From the NCBI GenBank assembly GCA_003427395.1, contig BFEA01000019.1, positions 4,818,365 to 4,881,170 of the forward strand: a DNA stretch of 62,806 bases. Reading direction: 5' to 3'. The translations under genes were made by a program, and so were the position numbers. Source of the DNA: Chara braunii (lineage: Eukaryota > Plantae > Charophyceae). Under the pieces are notes generated by a model. That model was not told the origin of the DNA. It did no database searches and worked only from the letters and a program-made list of their open reading frames with translations. Shown one piece after another: positions 12,096-24,049 of this stretch. Every line of letters starts with the position of its first letter. Position 1 is the stretch's first letter.

Positions 12096-14079
12096 GGCTG
12101 GGCCCCAAGATAAGTCCTGCACGTGAGGCAACTTCCCCTCCTCCGGGACTGACCTCAAAATGCGCTGGTCGATCTTCGTCAAATCCCTCCTACTTTGGTC
12201 CTCCAACTCCTCAGCGGTCATAAAACCAAAAGGGAGGCTGTCCCAAGGCGTTGCCACATGCCAAATCTTCAGCCTCGTCCGTGGCGGTGCAAAAGTAGGG
12301 ACCGGGGGTATGCACGCACCCCTGCCTACACGTCGCTCCTCGACTAGGCCCCCGCCATGTGCACGATGCTTATAACCCTCCAAAAACAGTGCCTGATGCG
12401 GCACCACTGGCCCAACAACAGTGCGAACGACCAAAGTCTATGGCATCTCCTGTTCGTCCGCGTGACGCCTGTCCATCTGTGCGGGGTCCCCCTCGCCAGA
12501 CGTGGACATCGGATCGGTCGCGGACGGCACCCCCGACCCGCCAACACCAACGGCCCCCACTACGGCCCCGTCCCCCCCGGTGGTCGGCGCTATCCCCTCC
12601 ACCTGTGCCGATAGGCGAATATCATCAACGCCCGCAGACTGCCCCGTCTGTATGTCCTCCAGACCCAGGGACATCTGCACGGCACCCTCAACTGAACCCG
12701 CGGGCAGAGGCACGCCCGCGACCTCCTGCAATGTCTCCTCGGTCCTCAGCTGGACGGCAGGAAGCTGCGCCGGCTCCGAACGTGGCTCCTCTGTCGGTGC
12801 CAACCCGCTCTCGTGCGTCCCCTGCTGAACATCTACTCTCGTACTCGATACCTCTGCCGAAGCCGCCTCTCGCTGTGTGGTGTCGTGAACCTCTATCGGA
12901 GGATCCATGTGGGCAGCTGGCCCCACGTCAACGGACGCCGGCGTAAATGTCCCCAGCTACCTCTGTCGGTCCTCGGCCGCAAGACGGGCGAGCTCCTGCG
13001 TCCTGGGGTCCCTCTATGCCATGAGGGCAGCTCGACGACTATCAAGCCTATCCAGCCTCTCCTCAGATGTTTCTCCATGGGGTGTCCGGTCCTCATCCCC
13101 CTCTGCACCCAACATCACCTCTGCGCGCATGGCAAGGGAGAAACTACTCGGGTCCGCGAAGCTGATCTGTCCCAGCAAGTCCTGCATACCCACACTGATG
13201 TCCCCACGAGACTCGCTCTCTCCTCGGGCCAGACCCACGCTCTCTCCCGGAGGCATACCCATATCACCAAACTCACTGAAACCACCTCCTCCGCCCATTG
13301 GTATCCCTTCAAACGCCGCAGCAACCTCGGCACCGCCTCCACCTCCGGCCAACGCACCACCATCTCCACCAACCAACCCCTGTCTATCTTCGTCGTCCCT
13401 CTGCACCGGTGAAGGACCGCCCTCTAATCTGTCCTCCAATCGCTGACTCGGGCCCCTCACCAACCTCTGCAATCGATCTGCACTGGCTGGCTGTCGATGA
13501 AGCTCCTCCGTCGAAGTGGGAAGAGCGGTGGATGATGCCGTGCCAGATTGACCCAGAGGACGATAGCCAATCCCCGACTCTGCCTCCCTCGAAGGTGCAG
13601 ACCCAGGATCTCTCTAGCGCTCAGCGGGAAGCGGGCCAATGGACGTAGGCCTCGGACGCTCTACAGGGCTCCCATGACGACCCCCAAACTCCTCCAAATC
13701 AACTGGAATGAGCAGGTCATCTCCGCCACTCCGTCTACGGACGTCCTCTGGGTCGCTCCACTAATCACGCTCATCCGCCGCAAGAGTGGCGGTAGCGGGG
13801 CCCGCCTGCTCGTCCTCGTCCTCGTCACCCTCGGAATCACTATCGTCTCGAGGGTACGGGTGCAATGTGGCGGCTCGAGTCCCAAAAACATCGCCCACAT
13901 CATCCGGAGGAGCTCTAGACCCATATGGGTCTCACTGCCATGAGTGTCCCTGCTCCTCGAGCTCCTCTCGCGTATTGCTATCGTCCATCCCCTTCCACGA
14001 GGGGCGAATACCGATACCTCCCTCCACGTCCAACAATGACTCATCTAAGGTCCACGGCAGCGCGAACCCGCGGCCTGCC

Positions 14080-15783
14080 CGCTGATGAGAGAGAAGGCGG
14101 ACGTTGGCTGAGATCTCAACCAACTTCACGACCTTCTTGAACTCAAGCCGGTTACGCTTCTTCGTCTGTACACCCTCGTGGGCGGCCTAATTCCTTTCTG
14201 CAGGAGAGGAGCACGTCCACATGTACATCACACGAAGAGCGATAACCTGCAACTACGGGGCGCACTGCCCGTACCTCGACCACCAACACCCGGACTCGTA
14301 TATCTCCGCAACGCCCGTGCACCTCTGTGCATCTTTGTCTTCGTCTCTCTCCCCCCAAGCAATCGTCCCCCTCCGTATGTGGAAGTCGTGCAACTGCGCA
14401 CATGCGGTCTCGTAGTTGGGGCTCGATACACTGAATCCTGTCTGCAACAAGATGTAAGACTCCGCCTCCCTCACCAAGCTCGCGTCGTAGTCGCTGACCA
14501 CGCCCTCGAAGTACCGCAAGTCCCGTCGGCTGGGACAAAGAAGGTGAGCAGCGACGTGCGCCAGCTCCAGCCTGTGAGCGCATCAAGCCTGCACCATTTG
14601 CACAATGTAGTGCAAGACATGTCGGAAGTGCGCAAACCTCCTCTGCTACACGGCGGGCCAGATCCGGTGTCCACTCAACCACCCGCGACATGTGCAGCCC
14701 TCCGCGGTCCAACCTGCGCAGTAGGTCGTACACAGGCTCCATGATGCGGAACAAGACGCCCATGGAATCCCACCAACTGCCATGCCGCACCTGCCACCTA
14801 ACCCACCTAGCCAACTGACGAACGGAATGGTCCCAAGGGACCATACCCTAAGTATCGCCATCCACCGTCCTCTCCAATGTTGACCTCATTGCCAGCAAAC
14901 GCTCCACCATCGTGAACACGGATGCGAAACGTGTCTCGCAAGGATAGATGAGCCCTATGTAACACCATCGGCGGCGGACAGGCGCGGCTAAGTCCGCGGC
15001 CGCAGCCGAGTCCACGACCCCGCGGACGCGTCCGCTCGTCCGCGCATCTTTGCGGATGCGTGGCGGCCGCTAGGGAAGGGGGTTCAGGAATCGGAAAGCG
15101 CCACGTGGCGGCGCAACCCCAGCCCCACCCCATCAGGCAAAAAAAAATGAAAAAAATCAATTTTTTGGTTGAGGGGTTAAGGGCGAAATCGAAGAAAATA
15201 AANNNNNNNNNNNNNNNNNNNNNNNNNNNNNNNNNNNNNNNNNNNNNNNNNNNNNNNNNNNNNNNNNNNNNNNNNNNNNNNNNNNNNNNNNNNNNNNNNN
15301 NNNNNNNNNNNNNNNNNNNNNNNNNNNNNNNNNNNNNNNNNNNNNNNNNNNNNNNNNNNNNNNNNNNNNNNNNNNNNNNNNNNNNNNNNNNNNNNNNNNN
15401 NNNNNNNNNNNNNNNNNNNNNNNNNNNNNNNNNNNNNNNNNNNNNNNNNNNNNNNNNNNNNNNNNNNNNNNNNNNNNNNNNNNNNNNNNNNNNNNNNNNN
15501 NNNNNNNNNNNNNNNNNNNNNNNNNNNNNNNNNNNNNNNNNNNNNNNNNNNNNNNNNNNNNNNNNNNNNNNNNNNNNNNNNNNNNNNNNNNNNNNNNNNN
15601 NNNNNNNNNNNNNNNNNNNNNNNNNNNNNNNNNNNNNNNNNNNNNNNNNNNNNNNNNNNNNNNNNNNNNNNNNNNNNNNNNNNNNNNNNNNNNNNNNNNN
15701 NNNNNNNNNNNNNNNNNNNNNNNNNNNNNNNNNNNNNNNNNNNNNNNNNNNNNNNNNNNNNNNNNNNNNNNNNNNGTGTATGC

Positions 15784-15826
<43 letters not shown>

Positions 15827-15883
15827 CGCGCGCGATTCCAAGATCGCCGCGCGAATGTGAGTGTGTGTGTGTGTGTGTGCGTT

Positions 15884-15915
<32 letters not shown>

Positions 15916-17620
15916 GCACGTGGTTTCAAAACACCTCATACTTCTGCAAAAAACATAAATTCATTTCTAAAAAATTATAGGTAAACTCACGGACCACATA
16001 TCTCATGACAAAAATGGACCGAAAAAAATTCTTGTTTTCCTTTATTTATTTATTTTTTTCTTTAAATCCAATTTCATTTTTGATTTTTTAAAAATCCTAA
16101 ACAAAGTCGGATTCAAAAAAAAAAAAAAATGGGGTTGTAGGGCTTAAAATTCCCTACAACCCCATATATATATGTACCTATTATTTAATTTAGGAAAATT
16201 CTTGTAAAATTGGGTCCGCGGTGTGGACCAGGTAGGCCGTGGATGTGGACGCATTTGGGTCCGCGATCCGAGCTCGACCCCGCGGACGCGTCCGCAGGTG
16301 TTACATAAGATGACGCCCATCTGACTGCTCTCCCGCCGAAAAATGTGGAGAGAGGCGCCGTGCTCCTTAATGAAGCGCACCACCGCTCTCCCCCTCACGA
16401 TGATGTCCTTGGACCACGGGCCCGAACAGCCAATGTCTGACAACATCTTGTTGCAGACATGCACTGCGCATAGGAGCCACGTGATCCGTCGATGCTCTGG
16501 CCTCTGCTGGGGCCCCAGTAGCATGTTCGTCGCGGCCACATACACCGAGGCTGAGTCGGTGCAGATGGCGTTCACCCACTTAGGGGAAAGTCATCGAACA
16601 CCTTGATCCAGCGCGCCAACACATCAGGCGCGCGATCCCGGTCTCCCTCCGTGTTCATCATCCGGACGTGCATCACCCCACGCGACCCACCGGCAAGGAA
16701 GTTAACGATGGGTCTAGCATCGCGTGACTTCCTTCCGTCTGACATAATGGTGGCCCCGTGACATAGAAAGGAGCCTTGACCTCCGCGAGATCAGCTCCCA
16801 CATCGTCCGCCGTCTGGACAATGGTCTCTCTATGTACACAATCTCGTTCTCTGAAGGCCACAACACCTTCACTGGCCCCGGCAAATCCCTGAAGTGCCAG
16901 ATGACGTCCAACCACGGCTCGCTCCGGAAGACGTTGAACGTCGGGCGCTAACTGTACACAAACCGCAGCCACTTCTTCTTGAACTCCATCTGCCACTTTG
17001 AAGAGAATGACTCCGTGATCGTGTTCTGCCTCAGCCTCTTATGTGCTGCGGCTGCTGCCGTCGGTCGCGCCCCCTCCTCTCTCTCCTTCCTCTTCCCCGC
17101 AGACGGACCCACCTCAACCGTATCGGTCCCTGCCCGTGTAAGAACCGTCACGTGCACCGACGCAAAGTATTGGCCCTGCTGCCCCCCTGGCTCGCCGACA
17201 ACCTCCTCGACGTCGTCATGCACGTCGATCTGCTCCTCCACGTCCCTCATGTCTCCCTCCCCCCCCTCATCCCGTCGCGGATCCATCGCAGGCGCCAGAC
17301 CGTGAAGCTCCTCAAACTGCTGGATCCGTTGTAGGAACTTGTCGAACATCTTGTACTCACTGTTGTAATGGATGTCGACAAGTGCCTCGTCGGTCACTTC
17401 CAAACATCCCTTGCCCTGGTGGAAATGGCGCGCCGCCACGAACTAGTTGCCCTGAAACTCGTGCCCGCTGAAACGCACTTCAACATGCGATTGCCGCGGA
17501 ATCTCCCGCCTAGACTCTGTTCCACACGAATGTACTTGTACACGCAACATCTCTTCTGCGCCTTCAGATTCTCGTCCTCACCCCCATCCTCGAACACCCG
17601 AGCCTGACCTCGCGGCATCG
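14080..17620 (-). pseudogene. hAT transposase: BED-like zinc finger, DUF659-type catalytic region and hATC dimerisation domain; split by an insertion
   Basis: N to C: RMLKC...GHEFQGN..AARHF, SDGRKSRDARPIVNFL, AICTDSASVY, CAVHVCNKML, LIYPCETRFAS, WWSRYG...SSPAERN...KKRNRL. Multiple frameshifts and stops. Confidence 0.85.
14955..16308 (-). mobile_element. Non-autonomous hAT element of the 3676-5070 family, opposite orientation, nested in the hAT transposase
   Basis: Termini ctatgtaacacc / ggtgttacataa. Flanks gatgagcc / gatgacgcc form a TSD with a 1-nt indel. 15920-16300 is reverse-complement similar to 3676-4070. Removing it rejoins SQMG with LIYPCETRF. Confidence 0.85.
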
Positions 17621-18203
17621 TGCCCGCTCGCCGATGGGTTCAGCAAAGCGGTCCGCCCTCAGCCTAACCCTTGAAGGTATAACTCCCGCCGGCGTCTCTC
17701 CCTGCACAAGGCCTCGCCGGAACGCCCCCCGCCTCACCCCTGTTGTGTCGGCCAAACTCACATTGTCCCGACANNNNNNNNNNNNNNNNNNNNNNNNNNN
17801 NNNNNNNNNNNNNNNNNNNNNNNNNNNNNNNNNNNNNNNNNNNNNNNNNNNNNNNNNNNNNNNNNNNNNNNNNNNNNNNNNNNNNNNNNNNNNNNNNNNN
17901 NNNNNNNNNNNNNNNNNNNNNNNNNNNNNNNNNNNNNNNNNNNNNNNNNNNNNNNNNNNNNNNNNNNNNNNNNNNNNNNNNNNNNNNNNNNNNNNNNNNN
18001 NNNNNNNNNNNNNNNNNNNNNNNNNNNNNNNNNNNNNNNNNNNNNNNNNNNNNNNNNNNNNNNNNNNNNNNNNNNNNNNNNNNNNNNNNNNNNNNNNNNN
18101 NNNNNNNNNNNNNNNNNNNNNNNNNNNNNNNNNNNNNNNNNNNNNNNNNNNNNNNNNNNNNNNNNNNNNNNNNNNNNNNNNNNNNNNNNNNNNNNNNNNN
18201 NNN

Positions 18204-18288
<85 letters not shown>

Positions 18289-18849
18289 CGCGCGTGCGTT
18301 CACTCGTTCGCAGTGCGTGTGCATCACTTTGCGAAGTGAACACGGGGAACGATTGACGCGCCATGCACGACTGTGTCGCGTGCGAACGCTGTCCCCGCTA
18401 TATATCTCCCCGCGACGAAACGCAGGCGTTTTTTTTTTTTTTTTTTTGTTCCGGGCATTCGAGCTCCCTACAGGTTCACCTAAAGACCGCCGACGCCCCC
18501 GTGGCCTCAGAGGCATCCCCCCAGCCCCGACAGACCCCTGCACAAACGCGTCAATCGCGTTCAGGGGCGTTCACTGGACGCCCGTCCACAGCGTTCAAAA
18601 ACTGAACGCGGAACACACATTCAATGAACGCGCGGTAACATAGTCAACATTTATTATTCATGCGCCCGTCAGCGCGCCGCAGACACAGCCAATCAATCAA
18701 TCGATCGCCCTGGGACTCACCCGGCTCCGAACTCAACCATCCAAAAAGAGGCGACGAAAAGGACAAAGAAACGAGGACACTGATGCAATTTTCCATCCAT
18801 CCCAATCTCCCATATTTGGCCCAACCTTCCCAGCTTAGGACCCCTCATT

Positions 18850-19534
18850 GCAACCGCGCAGAATATCGCAATCTACAGAAAGTGGTTCGTCACAGGCCTC
18901 CCGTCTGCCCCTCTGTCTTCCGCTGGCACGCTGCAGGTCGTTCATCGTGACGGTCTGCATGTGTCGAGAAACTGCAAGCAACGCCGTCCCTAGCAGTGAC
19001 CTCTCCCTTTGTGTCAGCCTCCGCTCCCCAGGCGCATCACCAACACCGTCTTCCATCGCCCCTAACCAACCGCAAAGACGCACACACCCCACTTGTCGGC
19101 TGGCGGGCTATGGCCACCGAGGTCCCAAGGCAGAAGGAACAACGGATCAGGGGAGAGGGCGGCGCGGAGGGAGGTCAACGCAAATTTGAATTCAAATTTG
19201 CTTCGCTGCCCGCACTTTTCATATCAACGACGGCCGGCTTCGCACGCCCGGTACGCCACCCACGCAAATGTCGGTGTCCCAAAAGATTCATGTCCCACGG
19301 GCCCGCAGACCATGGACAACTTCTTGTCCGCCACACGGCTTCACGGACATCCATGCCCGACAGGGCGAGGTTCTGACACCCGCACCTCCCCACCTTAAAA
19401 GTAAGGGTGGGTAAGTGTAGGGTCATCCTAGGGTGTTGTGGAACGAAAAAAGATGTTAGGGCAACTTAATCACCCTCACTGAGCTAGGGCGCCCTTACAA
19501 AGTAAGGATTCTTTAGTGGTGTGGAACGAGGCCC
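18850..19534 (-). mobile_element. Terminal fragment of a larger PIF/Harbinger-like element
   Basis: Ends ttagtggtgtggaacgaggccc|tca. The same terminus and cccttac/gtaagg subterminal motifs occur at 60770-60985. The left limit is approximate. Confidence 0.55.
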
Positions 19535-19664
19535 TCACTCTGGTAGCCTAGCTTGCCCCAAGAAAATGCAAAAAAATTCCCCTGCCCCAAGAACATGCGA
19601 AAAACATCCCTTGCCCCGCGGCTACACAGGCCGCTCACAAATGGGCACACGAATGGTACATTTA

Positions 19665-20067
19665 GGGCCTCGCTGCACTACTCTAGACTCTCGAAGGCCT
19701 CACTGCACTACTGTAGACTCTCAAAATATTTTGAGAGTTCGTCTAGCGTTGTCAGAGAGGCTATACTCTCGAAATACCCGCCTTCGCTGCACTTACTCGA
19801 TAAACTGCTACACTACATGAACTCTCCAAACCCTGCACGTTGTCCCACTCGACAGAAGAGCTGCACCACTGCGCTGTGGACGAAGTCTGGCCACCGGGAC
19901 AGGAGGTCCATTCTCGAAAAACGAGCCGGTCGGCGGGCAACTCCCGAGGACACTTGAGAATTCACATTTTGCAGGCGACCGGGTTTCAAGACTTTCCCCA
20001 TCGAGAGTAAGTGCAGCGACGTCCCACTCTCGAAAATTCGAGAGTCCAGAGTAGTACAGCGAGGCCC
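19665..20067. mobile_element. PIF/Harbinger (Tourist-like) MITE, 403 bp
   Basis: TIR gggcctcgctgcactactct...agagtagtacagcgaggccc extends to about 30 bp. TTA TSD on both sides. Confidence 0.9.
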
Positions 20068-20379
20068 TTAGCTAGGAAGTAATTAGGACTTTGGTAAATC
20101 TGTGTGACGGCTCCTCTTATCTTTTTTGGGGGAGGGAATTTGGGATTGGAGGTCCCAGTGTGACTATGCCCTGAGTAGGGTCCCTGCCATCCGATCTGGA
20201 AGTCTCACGGCCGCAGCGTGACCGAGATGAAAATACCAAGACCAAAATAAACTACAGAATAAATAAATAAATAAATAAGCTCCCCGAGTGGGACACCTTT
20301 TTATTTTCTTTTTCTTTTTTCAAGACTTCGGTTTTTTCAGTAGAAGAAAAAAAGGGAAAACAAAAAGCGACAGATTCCC

Positions 20380-20455
20380 GGAACGATACGGAGAATGAAG
20401 ATTAGCATTGCCCCTGCGCAAGGATGACACGCATACATCGGGAAAAGGTCCAAAT
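20380..20455 (+). pseudogene. U6: 5'-truncated U6 snRNA pseudogene
   Basis: ggaacgatacggagaatgaagattagcattgcccctgcgcaaggatgacacgcatacatcgggaaaaggtccaaat matches the 3' three-quarters of plant U6. The ACAGAGA box is mutated, the 5' stem is missing and an A-tract follows. Confidence 0.88.
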
Positions 20456-20677
20456 AACTGGAAAAAAAAAAAGTGACACAGAGAAGGCATTTTTTTTCTC
20501 TAGGCCGGATTGCAACTCTTCGTAAGCAGCGTTTGCACTTTTTCCATTGACGTCAATCGATGCATTTCTCGGTCATCTTCGTTATAATCATGGCCACCGA
20601 AAAGATAATCCACACCATTTGTACTACTGACAAAGAGTTTGATGGACTGCTGACAAAGAGTTTGATGGGAGTAGTAA

Positions 20678-20800
20678 GGGCCTCGCCACGGTACTGTCGA
20701 AATTGTGATAAGGACGAAAATGTGGCGGGCGCATCTGGCCATGTTCCAGCGAAAAGTTCATTCTCATTTTGCACGTCCCGAGAGTGGTGTGGAGATGCCC
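20678..20800. mobile_element. 123-bp Harbinger-type mini-MITE
   Basis: taa|gggcctcgccac...gtggagatgccc|taa, with a TAA TSD. Confidence 0.8.
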
Positions 20801-20991
20801 TAAGGGGCATATCCCACTAGCCCCTATTGTTCATTTCTGACCGTTCATCTTCGTAATCGAGGGTGAAAAATTTAATAATCCAGGGTAGTGGGATCTGAAC
20901 CTAAATCTGTTAAACTCCTAAACACGGCAGCCAATCATGTCAGGAGATCGCCTTTGCATTAATATAACAGAAGTTACAGAACAATATATAT

Positions 20992-21123
20992 GGGCCTCGC
21001 CAGACCCCCTCTCGAAATGCTAAAAAGATCAAAAAAAAAAAAAAGTGGCGGGTGCATCTGGCCATGTTCTAGCGGGAAGTGCATTCACATTTAGCACATG
21101 TCGAGAGCGGTGTGGAGATGCCC
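20992..21123. mobile_element. Mini-MITE copy of the 20678 family
   Basis: gggcctcgcc...gtggcgggtgcatctggccatgttc...gtgtggagatgccc. TSD not clean. Confidence 0.7.
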
Positions 21124-21228
21124 TCTATATATAGAAAGAAGGTATCGCTCGGGCTGCAAAGCTATGAAAGCATCATTATAGAAGAGAGATCAATCAGGAA
21201 ACCCCCCAAAAGCATCCCCACCCCCAAA

Positions 21229-21295
21229 AGCCTACTAGGTCAGTGGGTACACCCATGAGCTATTGAAATACAGACCAGAGTTCAAATCCAGAGAC
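21229..21295 (+). mobile_element. tRNA-derived SINE head (degenerate)
   Basis: A-box-like ggtcagtgggta and B-box-like gagttcaaatcc. Similar to 59423-59487. Confidence 0.45.
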
Positions 21296-21660
21296 GGTTC
21301 TACATTTTGATAAAACCAGATAATAATTCCGAATTCCCTGAACTGCCTGGGGCCGGTCAGCGCAATGCTAACATATCTCAAGGCCGTCGCCGTTTTTTTT
21401 TCTTTTTTTTAATAAAGCACCCCCGCAATTTCATCTTATGTCGCTCCACTATCATCCCCACATGCACAGAAGACGGAAAAAAAACATGGAGATGTAACTT
21501 TCCACTTTATATGGGAAGATTCGTTCTCGTTTTTTTTTTTCGGCGGTGTATCCTTTCCAGTTTGTGCCGGAAAATTCATTCTTCTTTTTCACACTTCGTG
21601 AGTGCTGGAGCGAGAGACCCATCACAGGGAATCTGAACCACAGTTTTGTGCTCAGACTAA

Positions 21661-21783
21661 GGGCCTCGCTGCACTACTCTCGACATGCGCAAAAGACAAA
21701 AATATTGTCGGTGTATCGTTACATATTTCTACCGGAAGATTCACTCTCGTTTTCCACCTTTTAAGAGTAGTGCAGCGAGGCCT
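21661..21783. mobile_element. 123-bp Harbinger-type mini-MITE
   Basis: taa|gggcctcgctgcactactct...agagtagtgcagcgaggcct|taa. The TIR is that of the 19665 MITE and the core resembles the 20678 family. Confidence 0.85.
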
Positions 21784-23921
21784 TAAGTCCACGACGACAG
21801 CTGTGCACGCTCAGACATCTTCGACTGAATCTGGCCGCAACTGCGGCCACATTCCCCTGCAACTTCTCCTAAGTAATACATACATGTCCGGTATGGTGAC
21901 CTTCTTCGTTCAGGTACACGGTACACTATACATCATGCATTCGATTCCGGAGGCACACTATTCAAGTTGACGTCTGGACGAAGACCTGCCCGCCGCCTGA
22001 AACTACATTAGGTAGTGATTATGAGACGTCCCTAACCGTCCTGCTCGAGCAAATAGGCGAACGGAGAAGGGTATATTCAGGATAATTGAGTGGGGGAGTC
22101 AGGATAATTGAGTGGGGGAGGGTACGATGCCTGCCTCGCTATCGAGGACCTCTGAGCACGGGTTGTACCCTTGGACGAAGGACTGCACGCTCTCTTCAAG
22201 GTGAACGGATGAGCAAGTAACGTGTATAGGGGAAAGAGAGGCTCAGTGCCTGTCTTGACTAGAGCACACATAGGATTCGATCCCTGCACCTCCGATCGAG
22301 GAAGGTGTGCAGTGTGCACACAAGCCGATGGGACCTCTAGACACGGCAGTATCGCAGGACGAAAGATTGGAAGGTCTCTGGATGTAACTCTGCTCAACTG
22401 AACAACGATCATCTACAATGTATCTGGACTCGCTTTCGACCAGGTGCTGCTCCCAACAAATGGATCGAGCCTCCCCCCGGGAGTACTAGTGGTGCGTGGT
22501 CCTATCAGCATCCCTAGCACCAACTCGGGTGGGTTTTCTCAAAAGAAACAAAAAAAAGAACAAAAAACACAAAAAGATCTCTTCAAGGTGAAAGGGTGAC
22601 GAAGACATAGGAAAGAGTGGGGCGCAGGTTTTAGCCTCTGACTACGCACAGATAAGATTTGATTCCTGGACCACTGGGGCGGCCCACTAACAAGGAGGAT
22701 TGGATTGAACGCCTGAATCTAGACGGGCTTGAGGAGAGATGCCGAAAATCGAGATTGAACTGCTTATCTAAAGGCCCAGAAACAAAATGTATTCGCAAAA
22801 CAAAACAAAACAAAACAAAACGAAACAAAACAAAACAAAACAAAAAACGTACCATTGGACGATGGCGCCGATTCCAGCACTTCCTGCTCCCAATTAAGAG
22901 ATTCGAGCCTTCTGGATTGGATGGTGGATCTTGAACCGCCCTGGCCTGTCCGGGCATGACGCCCGGGACGGCGAATGGCCATCGAAAGTCGTTGATACGG
23001 GGGGAAAAGAAAAGAACCCTGCTAATGAGGCATCCATCCTTGTTCGCAAGGGCAATATTCACCCGAAGCGAACAAAGCAAAAACAAACAAAAGAACTCGT
23101 TTTTCAGAAATAAAAAAGAAGTGACCGTGGCAGTGACAGCGCGTTTTTTTGGGTGTTTTTCTAAAGAACCGACATTGCTGACCAAAATCGGTAATTACAC
23201 CAACAGTTCACTTCAGACTCTTGAGCCCACCAAAATGGCTCGGTGGAGGGACGTTCCAAGGTCGGAGTCTCGGAGACCCTCCAAGGCCGACCAAAGTGGC
23301 TCGATGAAGGGACGCTCCAGGGTCGGAGACCCTCCAGGGCTACGACTGGGGAGTATCGACGGGGCCATCCGAGTTCCCTACCGGTCCAGACCCCACACCA
23401 ACTGCTCTTACCGGAAATGAATTCGAGGTCGTAACACTATACTCGGTGTGAACTGGTAGTACAGCAAGTCCGACCGATCAGGAACCACGCCCGGCCATTC
23501 CAACCCTCACATCAGCGAGGAAAAGAAAGCAACAGCAAAGAGGAGACTCGAGGGGAGGATGACGTAGAAGACTTAAGACTTAAGGGGCGGGTACGGAGAA
23601 GAGAGAACTCCACGTCCCAATTATCGTACGTGAAAACAAACGTGAAACCAAAAACACGTCGAGGTCACGGCATTGTCTAAAACGTGAAACGTCGCGACAA
23701 TGAGAAGAGGACAGGGCAGTGATGCACGGGAAGAGATCATAATGACGAGCATAGAGCATCAATGAAAATCGTCAGCGTCAAGAGTTTTTAACTAATCACT
23801 TTTTTCCATAACAGACATTCAAGCATTCACTAAGCACTTTTTCCCAAAAAGTGCGTCCAGACGAAAGCCTGTGTGCCGTCTTTCACATTCCCTTCCGCAC
23901 CAACAACACAGACACGACTCA

Positions 23922-24049
23922 GGGCCTCACCACACCACTCCAGAAACGTGGAAAAGCCAAAAAAGTTGCGTGCATCTGGCCATATTCCAGCGGAAAGTTC
24001 ATTCTCATTTTGCACATTTCGTTCGAGAGGGGTGTGGCGATGGAGACCC
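23922..24049. mobile_element. Mini-MITE copy of the 20678 family
   Basis: gggcctcaccacaccact...gcatctggccatattccagcggaaagttcattctcattttgcac...ggagaccc. Confidence 0.65.

Larger units (their letters stand above)
10016..18643 (-). mobile_element. Full-length, decayed autonomous-type hAT transposon
   Basis: 8-bp TSD TCAACATT at 10008-10015 and 18644-18651. Imperfect TIRs ccgagtaaccg / cggtaacatag. Both ends are dense in gaacgcg/cgcgttc subterminal motifs, and a transposase relic lies inside. Confidence 0.85.

Noticed and set aside
20380-20455. Functional U6 snRNA gene
   Set aside because: The 5' stem-loop is absent, the ACAGAGA box is altered and there is no oligo-T terminator.
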